A stretch of DNA of 64,000 bases, taken from contig JBFWPT010000003.1 in assembly GCA_050249835.1 (NCBI GenBank), forward strand, positions 91,878-155,877, given 5' to 3'. Shown here one piece after another: positions 52,531-60,930 of this stretch. The DNA comes from Thermoleophilia bacterium (lineage in GTDB: Bacteria > Actinomycetota > Thermoleophilia > Miltoncostaeales > Miltoncostaeaceae). A program made the translations under genes and the position numbers. A model generated the notes under the pieces. That model did no database searches. It was not told the origin of the DNA and worked only from the letters and a program-made list of their open reading frames with translations. Numbering within the stretch: the stretch's first letter is position 1; every line of letters starts with the position of its first letter.

Positions 52531-54434
52531 GCGCCCCCGCCCGGCGCCTGCGGGCGCGCTCCCTGGCGCTGGTCGCCTACGGGGAGATCGGTTCGTCGCT
52601 GATCTTCGCCCTCGGCATCGTCGCGCTCTACGCGGTCGGGCTGACCCCGTGGGTGCTGCTCGCCGTGGGCGCCCTCGTCCTGGTCGTGGCCCTGTCCTAC
52701 GCCGAGGGCTCGTCGGCGATGCCCGAGGCGGGCGGCGCCGCCACGTTCGTGCGCCGGGCCTTCAGCGACCTGGCCGGCTTCGCGACCGGCTGGGTGCTGT
52801 TCCTCGACTACCTGGTCGTCATCGCCCTCGCGGCCCTCTACGTGCCGTCCTACCTCGGCGCGGCGTTCGGCTGGGACGCCCTCGACGAGCGTCCGTGGGA
52901 CGCGCTCATCGCGATCCTCGTCGTCGCCGTGCTGGCGGGCGTGCGGCGCATCCGGCGCATCCGGCTGTACGCGATCGCGGTGGTGGCCGCCGCCGTGGCC
53001 CTCGTCGTGCAGCTCGCGATCGCGGTCCTCGGCTTCGCCCTGGTGTTCTCGTCCGACGCCCTGACGGTCGGGATGGACATCGGCACCGCGCCGTCGTGGA
53101 CGTCGATCGCGCTGGCCCTGTCGCTGGCGATGCTCGCCTACACCGGGCTGGAGACGGTCACGAACTTCGGGGCGGAGGTGCGCGAGCCGGGCCGCACGCT
53201 GCCGCTCAGCATGTTCGTGGGGATCGGGACCGTCGTGGTCGTGAACGTGGCCGTCTCGATGGTGGGCGTCACGGCCTACCCGACCCACCCGGAGCCCGGC
53301 GAGAGCGACGGCGTCGCGACGGACCTCGCCACCGACTGGCTCGGCGCCCCGCTCGTGGGCATCGCCCGGGCGATCGGCGACGAGCTGCCCGGGGGCGCCG
53401 ACCTCCTGGTGGGGATCGTCGGCGTCTCGAACGCGCTCATCCTGGTCACGGCCATCGCCACCTCGATGGCGGGCGGCGAGCGCCTGGCCTACTCGATGGC
53501 CCGGTACGACATGCTCCCGCACGCCTTCGCGCGCCCGGACCGCGGGGCGTCGCCGACCCCGGCGGCCACCCTGGCCGCGGCGGTGATCGCCCCGGTGTTC
53601 ATCGTCGTGGCCGACGCGGTGGGGGACCCGGGCCTGTTCCTCGCGGGGCTCTTCTCCTTCGGCGTCCTGATCGCGATGACGGCGGCCCAGTTCGCCGTGG
53701 TGCGGCTGCGCGTCCGGGAGCCGGAGCTGGCGCGCCCGTTCCGGGTGCCCCTGGGCATCCCCTGGCGCGGCGCGACGATCCCGCTGCCGTCCCTCGTGGG
53801 CGGCGTCCTCACCCTGGCCCTCTGGATCGCGTCCCTGTTCACCCACGGGGGCGCCGCCGTCCTCGGGCCGCTCTGGCTCGCCGGGGGCCTCGTCGTCTAC
53901 CTCCTGTCGCGGCGGGCCGGCGGCGAGACGCTCTTCGGCCGGGCCACGCCCGCGGTGCCCGACCTGGTGGGCGACGGGGACGAGGCCGGCGCGCAGCGCA
54001 TCCTGGTGCCCCTCAAGCTCGCGGACATCGGCGAGGAGGTGCTGGCCACGGCCCTGCGGCTCGCCGAGGAGCGCGGGGCCTCGGTGCGGGTGCTCCACGT
54101 GCTGAAGGTCCCGTTGTCCCGGCCACTCGACTGCGCGATGGGGGAGGAGGAGGACCGGGCCCGCGAGGCCGTCGAGGAGGCGCGCGCGCTCGCCGCCGAC
54201 CTGGGGGTGGAGGTCATCCCGCGCGTGATGCGCGCCCGGTCGCTCAGCGAGGCGATCGTGGACGAGGCCGAGGCCAGCGGATCGGACCTGGTGGTAATGG
54301 GGTCCGCGGCGCGCTGGCGGGGTCAGAAGCGCTTCTTCAGCCCGACGGTCGACGAGGTGCTGCGGCGTGCGCGTTGCGAGGTGATGATCGTCACCTATCC
54401 GCCCGGCGTCATGGACGACGAGGACGCGTCATGA
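52515..54434 (+). CDS. APC-superfamily permease fused to C-terminal Usp domain (copy 2)
   Basis: Paralogue of 50441..52354 (YGEIGSSLIFALG, TGLETVTNFGAEV; Usp ILVPL ... LVVMGSAARW ... FSPTVDEVLRRARCEVMIV). Confidence 0.9.
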   Translation: MATRLSAPARRLRARSLALVAYGEIGSSLIFALGIVALYAVGLTPWVLLAVGALVLVVALSYAEGSSAMPEAGGAATFVRRAFSDLAGFATGWVLFLDYLVVIALAALYVPSYLGAAFGWDALDERPWDALIAILVVAVLAGVRRIRRIRLYAIAVVAAAVALVVQLAIAVLGFALVFSSDALTVGMDIGTAPSWTSIALALSLAMLAYTGLETVTNFGAEVREPGRTLPLSMFVGIGTVVVVNVAVSMVGVTAYPTHPEPGESDGVATDLATDWLGAPLVGIARAIGDELPGGADLLVGIVGVSNALILVTAIATSMAGGERLAYSMARYDMLPHAFARPDRGASPTPAATLAAAVIAPVFIVVADAVGDPGLFLAGLFSFGVLIAMTAAQFAVVRLRVREPELARPFRVPLGIPWRGATIPLPSLVGGVLTLALWIASLFTHGGAAVLGPLWLAGGLVVYLLSRRAGGETLFGRATPAVPDLVGDGDEAGAQRILVPLKLADIGEEVLATALRLAEERGASVRVLHVLKVPLSRPLDCAMGEEEDRAREAVEEARALAADLGVEVIPRVMRARSLSEAIVDEAEASGSDLVVMGSAARWRGQKRFFSPTVDEVLRRARCEVMIVTYPPGVMDDEDAS

Positions 54435-54441
54435 TCCGGGC

Positions 54442-54867
54442 ATGAAGGCGATCGTCATCGGGTGCGGCCGGGTCGGCTCCACCCTCGCGCGGACCCTGGC
54501 CGACGAGGGCTGGAAGGTCATCGTCGTCGAGCTGCACGAGGACAACCTGGGGCGCCTCGGCCCGGAGTGGCGGCACCCGGTCGTGATCGGCCACGGGATG
54601 GACACGGACGTGCTCGAGGAGGCCGGCATCGAGCGCGCCCAGGCACTCATCGCCGCCACCGACGGCGACAACACGAACCTCGTGATCGCCCAGGTGGCCA
54701 CCCGGCGGTACGACGTGCGGCACGTGGCCGCGCGCATCCAGGACCCGGCCCGCGCGGACGCCTACTCCGACCGGGGCTTCGAGGTGATCTCCCCCGTCAA
54801 GATGGCCATCGACGGCCTCGCGCGCTGGGCGCGGGCCGCGGCCGCGGAGCCGGAGGGGACGGGCTGA
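54442..54867 (+). CDS. TrkA-N (RCK N-terminal) NAD-binding protein
   Basis: MKAIVIGCGRVGSTLARTLADEGWKVIVVE Rossmann motif; 141 aa, no RCK_C. Confidence 0.9.
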   Translation: MKAIVIGCGRVGSTLARTLADEGWKVIVVELHEDNLGRLGPEWRHPVVIGHGMDTDVLEEAGIERAQALIAATDGDNTNLVIAQVATRRYDVRHVAARIQDPARADAYSDRGFEVISPVKMAIDGLARWARAAAAEPEGTG

Positions 54868-55529
54868 TGTTCGCGATCGTCGTGGGCGGGGGGAAGGTGG
54901 GCGCCAACGTCACGCGCTCGCTGGCGGAGCGGGACCAGGAGGTCGTGCTCGTCGAGAGCCAGGCCGAGCGGGCGGACGCGCTGGAGGCCGAGTTCGGCCA
55001 CCGGGTCGTGCAGGGCGACGGCACCGAGCTGTACGTGCTGGAGCGCGCCGGGGTCACCCGGCCGCCGGACATCGTGGTGGCCGTCACCGGCGACGACGAG
55101 GACAACCTCGTCATCTCCCAGCTCGCCAAGGAGCGCTACGGCGTCGCGAAGGTGATCGCCCGCGTCAACGACCCGCGCAACCAGTCCCACTTCGACCTGC
55201 TCGGCGTGTCGCCGACGGTGTGCCCGACCCAGCGGATCATGGCCCTCATCGAGCACGAGGTGCCCGAGCACGACCTCGTCCACCTGCTCGAGCTGCGCAA
55301 CGAGAACCTGGAGATCATCGAGGTCGAGATCGACCCGAGCTGCCCGTGCATCGGCAAGGCGGTCGACGCGATCGACCTGCCCTCCGGGTCGCGAGTCATC
55401 TCCGTGGTGCGCGACGGCACCGCCGAGATCGCCCTGGGCACGACGATCCTGGAGGCGGGGGACCAGGTCCTGGCGATCCTGCAGCCGGGCCGCGAGGGCG
55501 AGGTGAGGGACATCCTCCTCGGCCGCTAG
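54867..55529 (+). CDS. TrkA family protein (RCK_N + RCK_C)
   Basis: ATG overlaps upstream TGA; MFAIVVGGGKVGANVTRSL ... VAVTGDDEDNLVISQLAK; C-terminal TrkA-C ...IIEVEIDPSCPCIGKAVDAIDLPSGSRVISVVRDG. Confidence 0.92.
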   Translation: MFAIVVGGGKVGANVTRSLAERDQEVVLVESQAERADALEAEFGHRVVQGDGTELYVLERAGVTRPPDIVVAVTGDDEDNLVISQLAKERYGVAKVIARVNDPRNQSHFDLLGVSPTVCPTQRIMALIEHEVPEHDLVHLLELRNENLEIIEVEIDPSCPCIGKAVDAIDLPSGSRVISVVRDGTAEIALGTTILEAGDQVLAILQPGREGEVRDILLGR

Positions 55530-55573
55530 CGGGCCCGTGTTTCGTCCGGCGCCCGGACGGGTATGGCGCCGCC

Positions 55574-55831
55574 ATGGCGGTGGAGCTGGAGCAGTCCGAG
55601 CGGGTCGTCCTGGTCCTGTCCCGGTCGCCCGTGCGCAGCCTCATGCGGACCTGGCTGGGCTCGGAGGGCTACGACGTCCAGGTGGCCCACGCCTGGGAGG
55701 TCGACCGGCTCGTCGACGAGGGCGCGGCGGGTGTCGTCATCACCTCCGGCGAGCTCGACGGCGAGTGGGGCTGGTCGTCGCGCCACGACGGCGTGCTGGT
55801 GCTGGCGCTCCCCGACCCCCCGCCGGACTGA
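55574..55831 (+). CDS. hypothetical 85-aa protein, degenerate receiver-like
   Basis: VVLVLSRSPVRSLMRTWLGSEGYDVQVAHAW resembles a CheY N-terminus lacking the acidic pocket; weak. Confidence 0.4.
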   Translation: MAVELEQSERVVLVLSRSPVRSLMRTWLGSEGYDVQVAHAWEVDRLVDEGAAGVVITSGELDGEWGWSSRHDGVLVLALPDPPPD

Positions 55832-56199
55832 CCGGGGGACCGGCGCCGGTCCGGGGCGCCTTCGCCATCCTGCAGGTGTCCGACCTCGGCCGGGCGCTCG
55901 GGTTCTATCGGGACCGGCTCGGCTTCGCGATGGCGTACGCCTTCCCCGACCCGGACGAGCCGGCCTTCGTCAGCCTCGAGGTCGACGGCGGGTCGCTCGG
56001 GCTCGCGGCCTCCGAGGACGAGGTGATCCCCGGCACGACCGCGGTCTGGGCCTACTGCGACGACGTGGACGCCCTGGTCGCCCGCCTCCGCTCCGCGGGG
56101 GTGCCCGTCCTGGCCGAGCCCTCCGACACGGACTGGGGGGAGCGCATGGCGACGGTCGCGGACCCCGACGGCCACGTCGTGCACCTCGGGCGCGCCTGA
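55765..56199 (+). CDS. VOC (glyoxalase/bleomycin-resistance) family protein, start uncertain
   Basis: FAILQVSDLGRALGFYRDRLGF ... DWGERMATVADPDGHVVHL; nearest in-frame starts GTG 55765 or CTG 55828. Confidence 0.78.
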   Translation: MGLVVAPRRRAGAGAPRPPAGLTGGPAPVRGAFAILQVSDLGRALGFYRDRLGFAMAYAFPDPDEPAFVSLEVDGGSLGLAASEDEVIPGTTAVWAYCDDVDALVARLRSAGVPVLAEPSDTDWGERMATVADPDGHVVHLGRA

Positions 56200-56237
56200 G
56201 ACGAGCCCGGCGCCCCTCCGCGTGACAGAGTGCGGGC

Positions 56238-57206
56238 GTGTCCGCCGCCGAGACCGCCGCCCGCCGCGAGCGCGTGCTCGCCGCCCTCGTGGAGGCCGGT
56301 GACGCCGGCGTGTCCGGGGAGGCGCTGGCCGGGGTGCTGGGATGCTCCCGGGCGGCCGTCCACCGCCACGTCGACGCGCTCCGGCGCGAGGGCGTCGAGG
56401 TCGTGAGCGCCCATGACGGCTACCGGCTGGGGGAGGGGGAGGACCCCGTCGTCCCGGCCCTGGTGGCGCCCCGCCTGGAGCCCCCGCTCGCCGGCCCGGT
56501 GCGCTGGTCCGCCGAGACCGGCTCCACCAACGACGACATCACGGCCCTCGCCCGCGACGGGGCCCCCGAGGGGACCGTCGTCGGCGCCGATCGCCAGAGC
56601 GCGGGCCGCGGCCGCCGCGGGCGCGCCTGGGAGGCCGGCCGCGGCGACGCCCTGCTCGTCTCGGCGCTCATGCGGCCCGCCGTCGCCCCGGTGGAGGCGG
56701 CCCTGTTCCCGGTGGTCGTGGCCGTCGGCGCCGCCGAGGCCCTGGGCCCGGACGCGCGCATCGTCTGGCCCAACGACATCGTGATCGACGGGGCCAAGGT
56801 GGCGGGGATCCTCTGCGAGATGTCGGCGGACCAGGAGCGGGTGGCCTGGGCCGTCGCCGGAATCGGCGTCAACGTGCGCGCGGCGCCGGCGCTGGCCGAC
56901 GCCCGCTGGCGCCCGGGCGCGCTCGCCGACCACGGACCCGCCCCGGCGCGCGCCGACCTGCTCGTGGACCTGCTGAACGCGGTCGGGCGGCGCTACGCGG
57001 CGTGGGCCGTCGGCGACGTCGCCGGGGTGCTCGCGGCGTTCGCCGCGCGCGACGCCCTGGCCGGGCGCGGGGTGACCGTGTCGCTCGGCGACGAGGAGCT
57101 GACCGGCACCTGCGCCGGCACCGACGAGCTCGGCCGGCTGCGGCTGATGACGGCCGCCGGGGAGCGCCTGCTGGGCGCCGGCGAGGTGGTGCGCGTCACC
57201 GGTTAG
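56238..57206 (+). CDS. birA: bifunctional biotin--[acetyl-CoA-carboxylase] ligase / repressor
   Basis: N-terminal HTH (VSGEALAGVLGCSRAAVHRHVDALRREG); catalytic GADRQSAGRGRRGRAW and KVAGILCE motifs. Confidence 0.93.
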   Translation: MSAAETAARRERVLAALVEAGDAGVSGEALAGVLGCSRAAVHRHVDALRREGVEVVSAHDGYRLGEGEDPVVPALVAPRLEPPLAGPVRWSAETGSTNDDITALARDGAPEGTVVGADRQSAGRGRRGRAWEAGRGDALLVSALMRPAVAPVEAALFPVVVAVGAAEALGPDARIVWPNDIVIDGAKVAGILCEMSADQERVAWAVAGIGVNVRAAPALADARWRPGALADHGPAPARADLLVDLLNAVGRRYAAWAVGDVAGVLAAFAARDALAGRGVTVSLGDEELTGTCAGTDELGRLRLMTAAGERLLGAGEVVRVTG

Positions 57207-57526
57207 TGAGGCGCCTCCACGGCGCGCTTGAGGCGGTCGAGGCGGGCGTCCCACGCTGAGGCCGTGCGCCCCATCCAGTCCGCGGCGGGCTCCAGGGCCC
57301 CGGGGCGCAGGCGGTAGCGCACCTCGCGGCCGGGGCCGTCCACGCGCTCCACCAGGCCGGCCTCGCCGAGGGTGGCGAGGTGCTTGGCCACGGCCTGGCG
57401 GGTGATCGGGAGGTCCCCCGTGAGCGCGGGCACGGTGGTGACGCCGTCGCGCAGCAGCGTCTCCACCATGCCGCGGCGGGTGGGGTCGGCAAGGGCGCCG
57501 AGGACCGCGCCGAGCGGGTCGCTCAC
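57203..57526 (-). CDS. ArsR/SmtB-family transcriptional regulator
   Basis: GTG 57526 overlaps upstream TGA; LGALADPTRRGMVETLL ... ITRQAVAKHLATLGEAGLV; no Cys/His metal ligands. Confidence 0.88.
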   Translation of the reverse strand: MSDPLGAVLGALADPTRRGMVETLLRDGVTTVPALTGDLPITRQAVAKHLATLGEAGLVERVDGPGREVRYRLRPGALEPAADWMGRTASAWDARLDRLKRAVEAPH

Positions 57527-57822
57527 GCGAACGCCGGGACGAACGCCGCCGCGAGCCGGGCCGTCGGGACCGACGCCGGGGCGGTCTCGGTCACGATCAC
57601 CCGCGCGCCCGCGGGGGCCGCGACGACCAGGAACTCGACGCGGGTGGCCGGGGCGTCGCCCTCCCACCACCACCACACCAGGCGGTGCGGGGCGTCGGCG
57701 CTCTCCACGACGACCTCGCGGCCCTCCTCGCCCAGCCAGCGCTCGCGCCCCTCCTCGGTGGCGAGCGCCTCCCAGACCTCCTCGGGGGTGGCCTCGACCT
57801 CGGTCTCGCGCGTCACGGTCAC
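57523..57822 (-). CDS. short SRPBCC (Aha1/START-like) domain protein
   Basis: GTG 57822 five nt after GAGGAGG; TRETEVEATPEEVWEAL typical SRPBCC N-terminus; usual ArsR partner. Confidence 0.72.
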   Translation of the reverse strand: MTVTRETEVEATPEEVWEALATEEGRERWLGEEGREVVVESADAPHRLVWWWWEGDAPATRVEFLVVAAPAGARVIVTETAPASVPTARLAAAFVPAFA

Positions 57823-57840
57823 GCCCGCCTCCTCATTTGA

Positions 57841-57885
57841 CAACCGATCGGTTGCTATGGTGACACGACAACCATGCAGTTGTCG
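57841..57885. promoter_or_regulatory. two CAAC-N6-GTTG palindromes in the clpP / SRPBCC-arsR divergent region
   Basis: CAACCGATCGGTTG (57841-57854, perfect 14-bp palindrome) and CGACAACCATGCAGTTGTCG (57866-57885); TTGACA at 57836-57841. Confidence 0.6.
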
Positions 57886-57897
57886 AAAGGATAGACC

Positions 57898-58512
57898 ATG
57901 CCCCTCGTCCCCATGGTGGTCGAGCAGAGCCCCCGCGGCGAGCGCTCGTTCGACATCTACTCGCGCCTGCTCAACGAGCGGATCGTCTTCCTCGGCACGC
58001 CGGTGGACGACGCCGTGGCCAACCTCATCGTGGCCCAGCTCCTGCACCTGGAGAGCGAGGACCCCGACAAGGACATCTCGCTCTACATCAACTCCCCGGG
58101 CGGCGTCGTCTACGCCGGCCTGGCGATCTACGACACGATGCAGTTCATCCGCCCGGACGTGCAGACGATCTGCTTCGGCGTCGCGATGAGCATGGGCTCG
58201 CTGCTGCTGGCGGGCGGCGCCCCCGGCAAGCGGATGGCCCTGCCGAGCAGCCGCATCCTCATCCACCAGCCGAGCGGCGGATACCAGGGGCAGGCGACGG
58301 ACATCGAGATCCACGCCCGCGAGACGATCGAGCTGCGGCGCCACGTGGACGAGATCTACGCCCACCACACCGGCCGGAGCGCGGAGGAGGTCCACCGCGA
58401 CATGGAGCGCGACCGCTTCTTCACGGCCGCGCAGGCGCGCGACTACGGCCTCGTGGACCGGGTCATCGCGTCACACGAGATCGCGCACGTCCCCACCGGG
58501 TTCCGTGCCTAG
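57898..58512 (+). CDS. clpP: ATP-dependent Clp protease proteolytic subunit
   Basis: [24 protein letters not shown], catalytic [11 protein letters not shown] (Ser), ILIHQP (His), RDRFF (Asp). Confidence 0.97.
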   Translation: MPLVPMVVEQSPRGERSFDIYSRLLNERIVFLGTPVDDAVANLIVAQLLHLESEDPDKDISLYINSPGGVVYAGLAIYDTMQFIRPDVQTICFGVAMSMGSLLLAGGAPGKRMALPSSRILIHQPSGGYQGQATDIEIHARETIELRRHVDEIYAHHTGRSAEEVHRDMERDRFFTAAQARDYGLVDRVIASHEIAHVPTGFRA

Positions 58513-58516
58513 GCTC

Positions 58517-58657
58517 CTAGTGGTGGTGCGGGGCGTCGCAGGAGTCGTGGTGGCAGTGGCACTCCTCGGCCTTCGGGTTCGCCTCGCAGAACGGCGAGCA
58601 GAAGCGCTCACCCTTCTTCGCGTCGCAGGTGCATGAGGTGTGGGCGCACTCGGCCAT
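58517..58657 (-). CDS. 46-aa Cys/His-rich metallothionein-like protein
   Basis: ATG 58657 after GAGGGGG; MAECAHTSCTCDAKKGERFCSPFCEANPKAEECHCHHDSCDAPHHH (9 Cys, 6 His). Confidence 0.6.
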   Translation of the reverse strand: MAECAHTSCTCDAKKGERFCSPFCEANPKAEECHCHHDSCDAPHHH

Positions 58658-58776
58658 CGGGTAACCCCCTCGTCGTCGTGGACCGTGGTGGTCCCCTGCC
58701 CTGCGGGGGACCATCCCGAACCCTGGCAGTCTCCACGGCAATCCGTCCACCCCGGGACGGCACCGGAGGAGCGCCC

Positions 58777-59943
58777 GTGGACCCCGGATCGAGCGACATC
58801 CTCCTCACCGAGGACCTCCTGACCGACGCCGACCGCGCCGTGCGCGACCGCGTGCGGCGCTGGTGCGACGCCGAGGTGCTGCCGGCGATCAACGACCACT
58901 GGGAACGCGCGGAGTTCCCGTTCGCCCTGCTCCCGGGGCTCGCCGCGCTCGGCGTCTGCGGCGGCACGTTCACCGGCCACGGCCTGCCGGGGCTGTCGCC
59001 CCTGGCCGCGGGCCTGGTGTCGATGGAGCTCGCCCGGGCCGACGGCAGCGTCTCGACCTTCCACGGCGTCCACTCGGGCCTCGCGATGACGGCGATCGCG
59101 ATGCTCGGCTCGGAGGAGCAGAGGGACCGCTGGCTGGGGCCGATGGCGCGGCTCGAGCTGATCGGGGCGTTCGCGCTCACCGAGCCGGACCACGGGTCGG
59201 ACGCCGTGACCCTCGAGACGCGGGTCCGCCGCCTCGGTGACGGGTATGTCCTGGACGGCGCCAAGCGATGGATCGGCAACGCGATGTTCGCCGACCTGAT
59301 GATCGTCTGGGCCCGGGACGCCGCCGGCGACGTCGGGGCCTACGTCGTGGAGAAGGGGACCCCGGGGGTGGAGGCCCGCCTCATCACCGGCAAGATCGCC
59401 AAGCGGGCGTCGTGGCAGGCCGACGTGACGCTCACCGACGTCCGCGTGCCGGCGGAGAACCGGCTGGCCGCGGCGGCCTCCTTCGACGACGCGGCCGCCG
59501 TGCTCGCCCGCGCGCGGCCCGGCATCGCCTGGGGCGCCCTCGGCCACGCGACGGCGGCGTACGAGATGGCGGTGCGGTACTGCATGGAGCGGGAGCAGTT
59601 CGGCAAGCCGATCGCCGCCTACCAGCTCACCCAGTTCCGCCTCGCCAAGATGCTCGCGCAGGTGACGTCGATGCGGCTCACCTGCATGCGCCTGGCCGCG
59701 CTGCAGGCCGAGGGCCGCGTGACGCCCCCCATGGCCTCGCTGGCGAAGATGCAGAACGCGGCCCTGGCGCGGTCGGTGGTGGCCGAGGCCCGCGACCTGC
59801 TCGGCGGTAACGGCATCCTGCTGGAGAACCACGTCGGCCGGCACCTCGGCGACGTCGAGGTCGTGTCGACGGTGGAGGGCACCGACGTCGTCCACGCCCT
59901 CATCGTGGGCCGGGAGATCACCGGCCTGAGCGCGTTCTCCTAG
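58777..59943 (+). CDS. acyl-CoA dehydrogenase (glutaryl-CoA dehydrogenase-like)
   Basis: GTG 58777 after GGAGGA; GAFALTEPDHGSD, KRWIGNA, EGTDVVHALIVGREITG. Confidence 0.93.
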   Translation: MDPGSSDILLTEDLLTDADRAVRDRVRRWCDAEVLPAINDHWERAEFPFALLPGLAALGVCGGTFTGHGLPGLSPLAAGLVSMELARADGSVSTFHGVHSGLAMTAIAMLGSEEQRDRWLGPMARLELIGAFALTEPDHGSDAVTLETRVRRLGDGYVLDGAKRWIGNAMFADLMIVWARDAAGDVGAYVVEKGTPGVEARLITGKIAKRASWQADVTLTDVRVPAENRLAAAASFDDAAAVLARARPGIAWGALGHATAAYEMAVRYCMEREQFGKPIAAYQLTQFRLAKMLAQVTSMRLTCMRLAALQAEGRVTPPMASLAKMQNAALARSVVAEARDLLGGNGILLENHVGRHLGDVEVVSTVEGTDVVHALIVGREITGLSAFS

Positions 59944-60392
59944 GGGGCCGACCGCAGGTCGGTCAGGGCCTCCCGCAGCGCCGCCATCCGGTCGGCGCCC
60001 AGGTGCTCGGTCCACGCCGCCTCGGTGCGGGCGGTGACCTCGCGCGCGAGGGCGAACACCTCGCGCCCGCGGTCCGTGGCGCGCACGAGGCGGGCGCGGC
60101 CGTCGGCCGGGTCGGGCACCTGCTCCACGTAACCGTGCCGCTCCAGGTGGGCGACCAGCTCCGCCATGGACTGGCGCGTCACCTGGGCGCGGTCGGCCAG
60201 CACGCCGACGCGGGTGCCGGCGTCGTCCAGGAACCCGAACACCGCGCCGTGGGCGGGGCGCACCTGCGGGTGGCCGGCCGCGGCCAGCGCGTCCGTCAGG
60301 CGCTCGGTGAGCGTCATGAACGGCTCGCGCAGCAGCACCGCCAGCATCGGCGGGGCGTCGCGCGCGGTGGTGCGGGGGAGGCGGCTTGACAT
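59940..60392 (-). CDS. MarR family transcriptional regulator
   Basis: RPAHGAVFGFLDDAGTRVGVLADRAQVTRQSMAELVAHLERHGYVEQVPDPADGR. Confidence 0.9.
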   Translation of the reverse strand: MSSRLPRTTARDAPPMLAVLLREPFMTLTERLTDALAAAGHPQVRPAHGAVFGFLDDAGTRVGVLADRAQVTRQSMAELVAHLERHGYVEQVPDPADGRARLVRATDRGREVFALAREVTARTEAAWTEHLGADRMAALREALTDLRSAP

Positions 60393-60462
60393 ATGCAGGT
60401 GGCCTGCCTTTCAATGGAGGAGAAATGCAGCCTGCCTGCCTATCTTACCTCCGGAGGTCCCG

Positions 60463-60930
60463 ATGAGCACCACGACACACACGACCGCGGCGCCCGAGCG
60501 GCTGACCGTGGGCGGCGACGAGGTCGTCGTCCGCGTCGGCGCGGCCGAGTCGGGCGGCGCCCTGCTCGTGCTCGACGTCGCCATCCCGCCCGGCGGCGGC
60601 CCGCCCGCGCTGCACCGCCACGACCCGGCCGAGGTCTACCGGGTGGAGGACGGCGAGCTGGCCTTCTACCGGGCCGACGACGGCGGCGCGCCCCGGCGCA
60701 GCACGGGCGGCCCCGGGGACGTCGTCCACATCCCGGGCGGCGCCGAGCACACCATCCGCAACGAGTCCGGCCGCACGGCGCGGGCGTCGGTCACCTTCGT
60801 CCCCGGCGCGCCGATGGAGGCCTTCGTGCGGGCGGCGGCGGCCCTCGACCCCGGCCGGGCGACGATGGACGAGGTCGTCGCCCTGGCCGCCCGGCACGGG
60901 GTGGAGATCACGCGGCCGCTCGGGCGATGA
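60463..60930 (+). CDS. cupin-domain protein
   Basis: ATG 60463 after GGAGG; PPALHRHDPAEVYRVEDGEL ... GDVVHIPGGAEHTIRN cupin motifs. Confidence 0.8.
   Translation: MSTTTHTTAAPERLTVGGDEVVVRVGAAESGGALLVLDVAIPPGGGPPALHRHDPAEVYRVEDGELAFYRADDGGAPRRSTGGPGDVVHIPGGAEHTIRNESGRTARASVTFVPGAPMEAFVRAAAALDPGRATMDEVVALAARHGVEITRPLGR

Noticed and set aside
55574-55831. 85-aa receiver-like ORF as a real single-domain response regulator
   Set aside because: It lacks the acidic pocket (SRS replaces DD) and the phospho-acceptor Asp context, and it overlaps the likely VOC start. It is listed only as a low-confidence CDS.
57203-58657. ArsR/SmtB regulator as the metal sensor controlling the nearby metallothionein-like ORF
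   Set aside because: The ArsR protein has no Cys and lacks the alpha3/alpha5 His/Asp ligand sets. It is operonic with an SRPBCC protein, and clpP lies in between. No direct link is supported.
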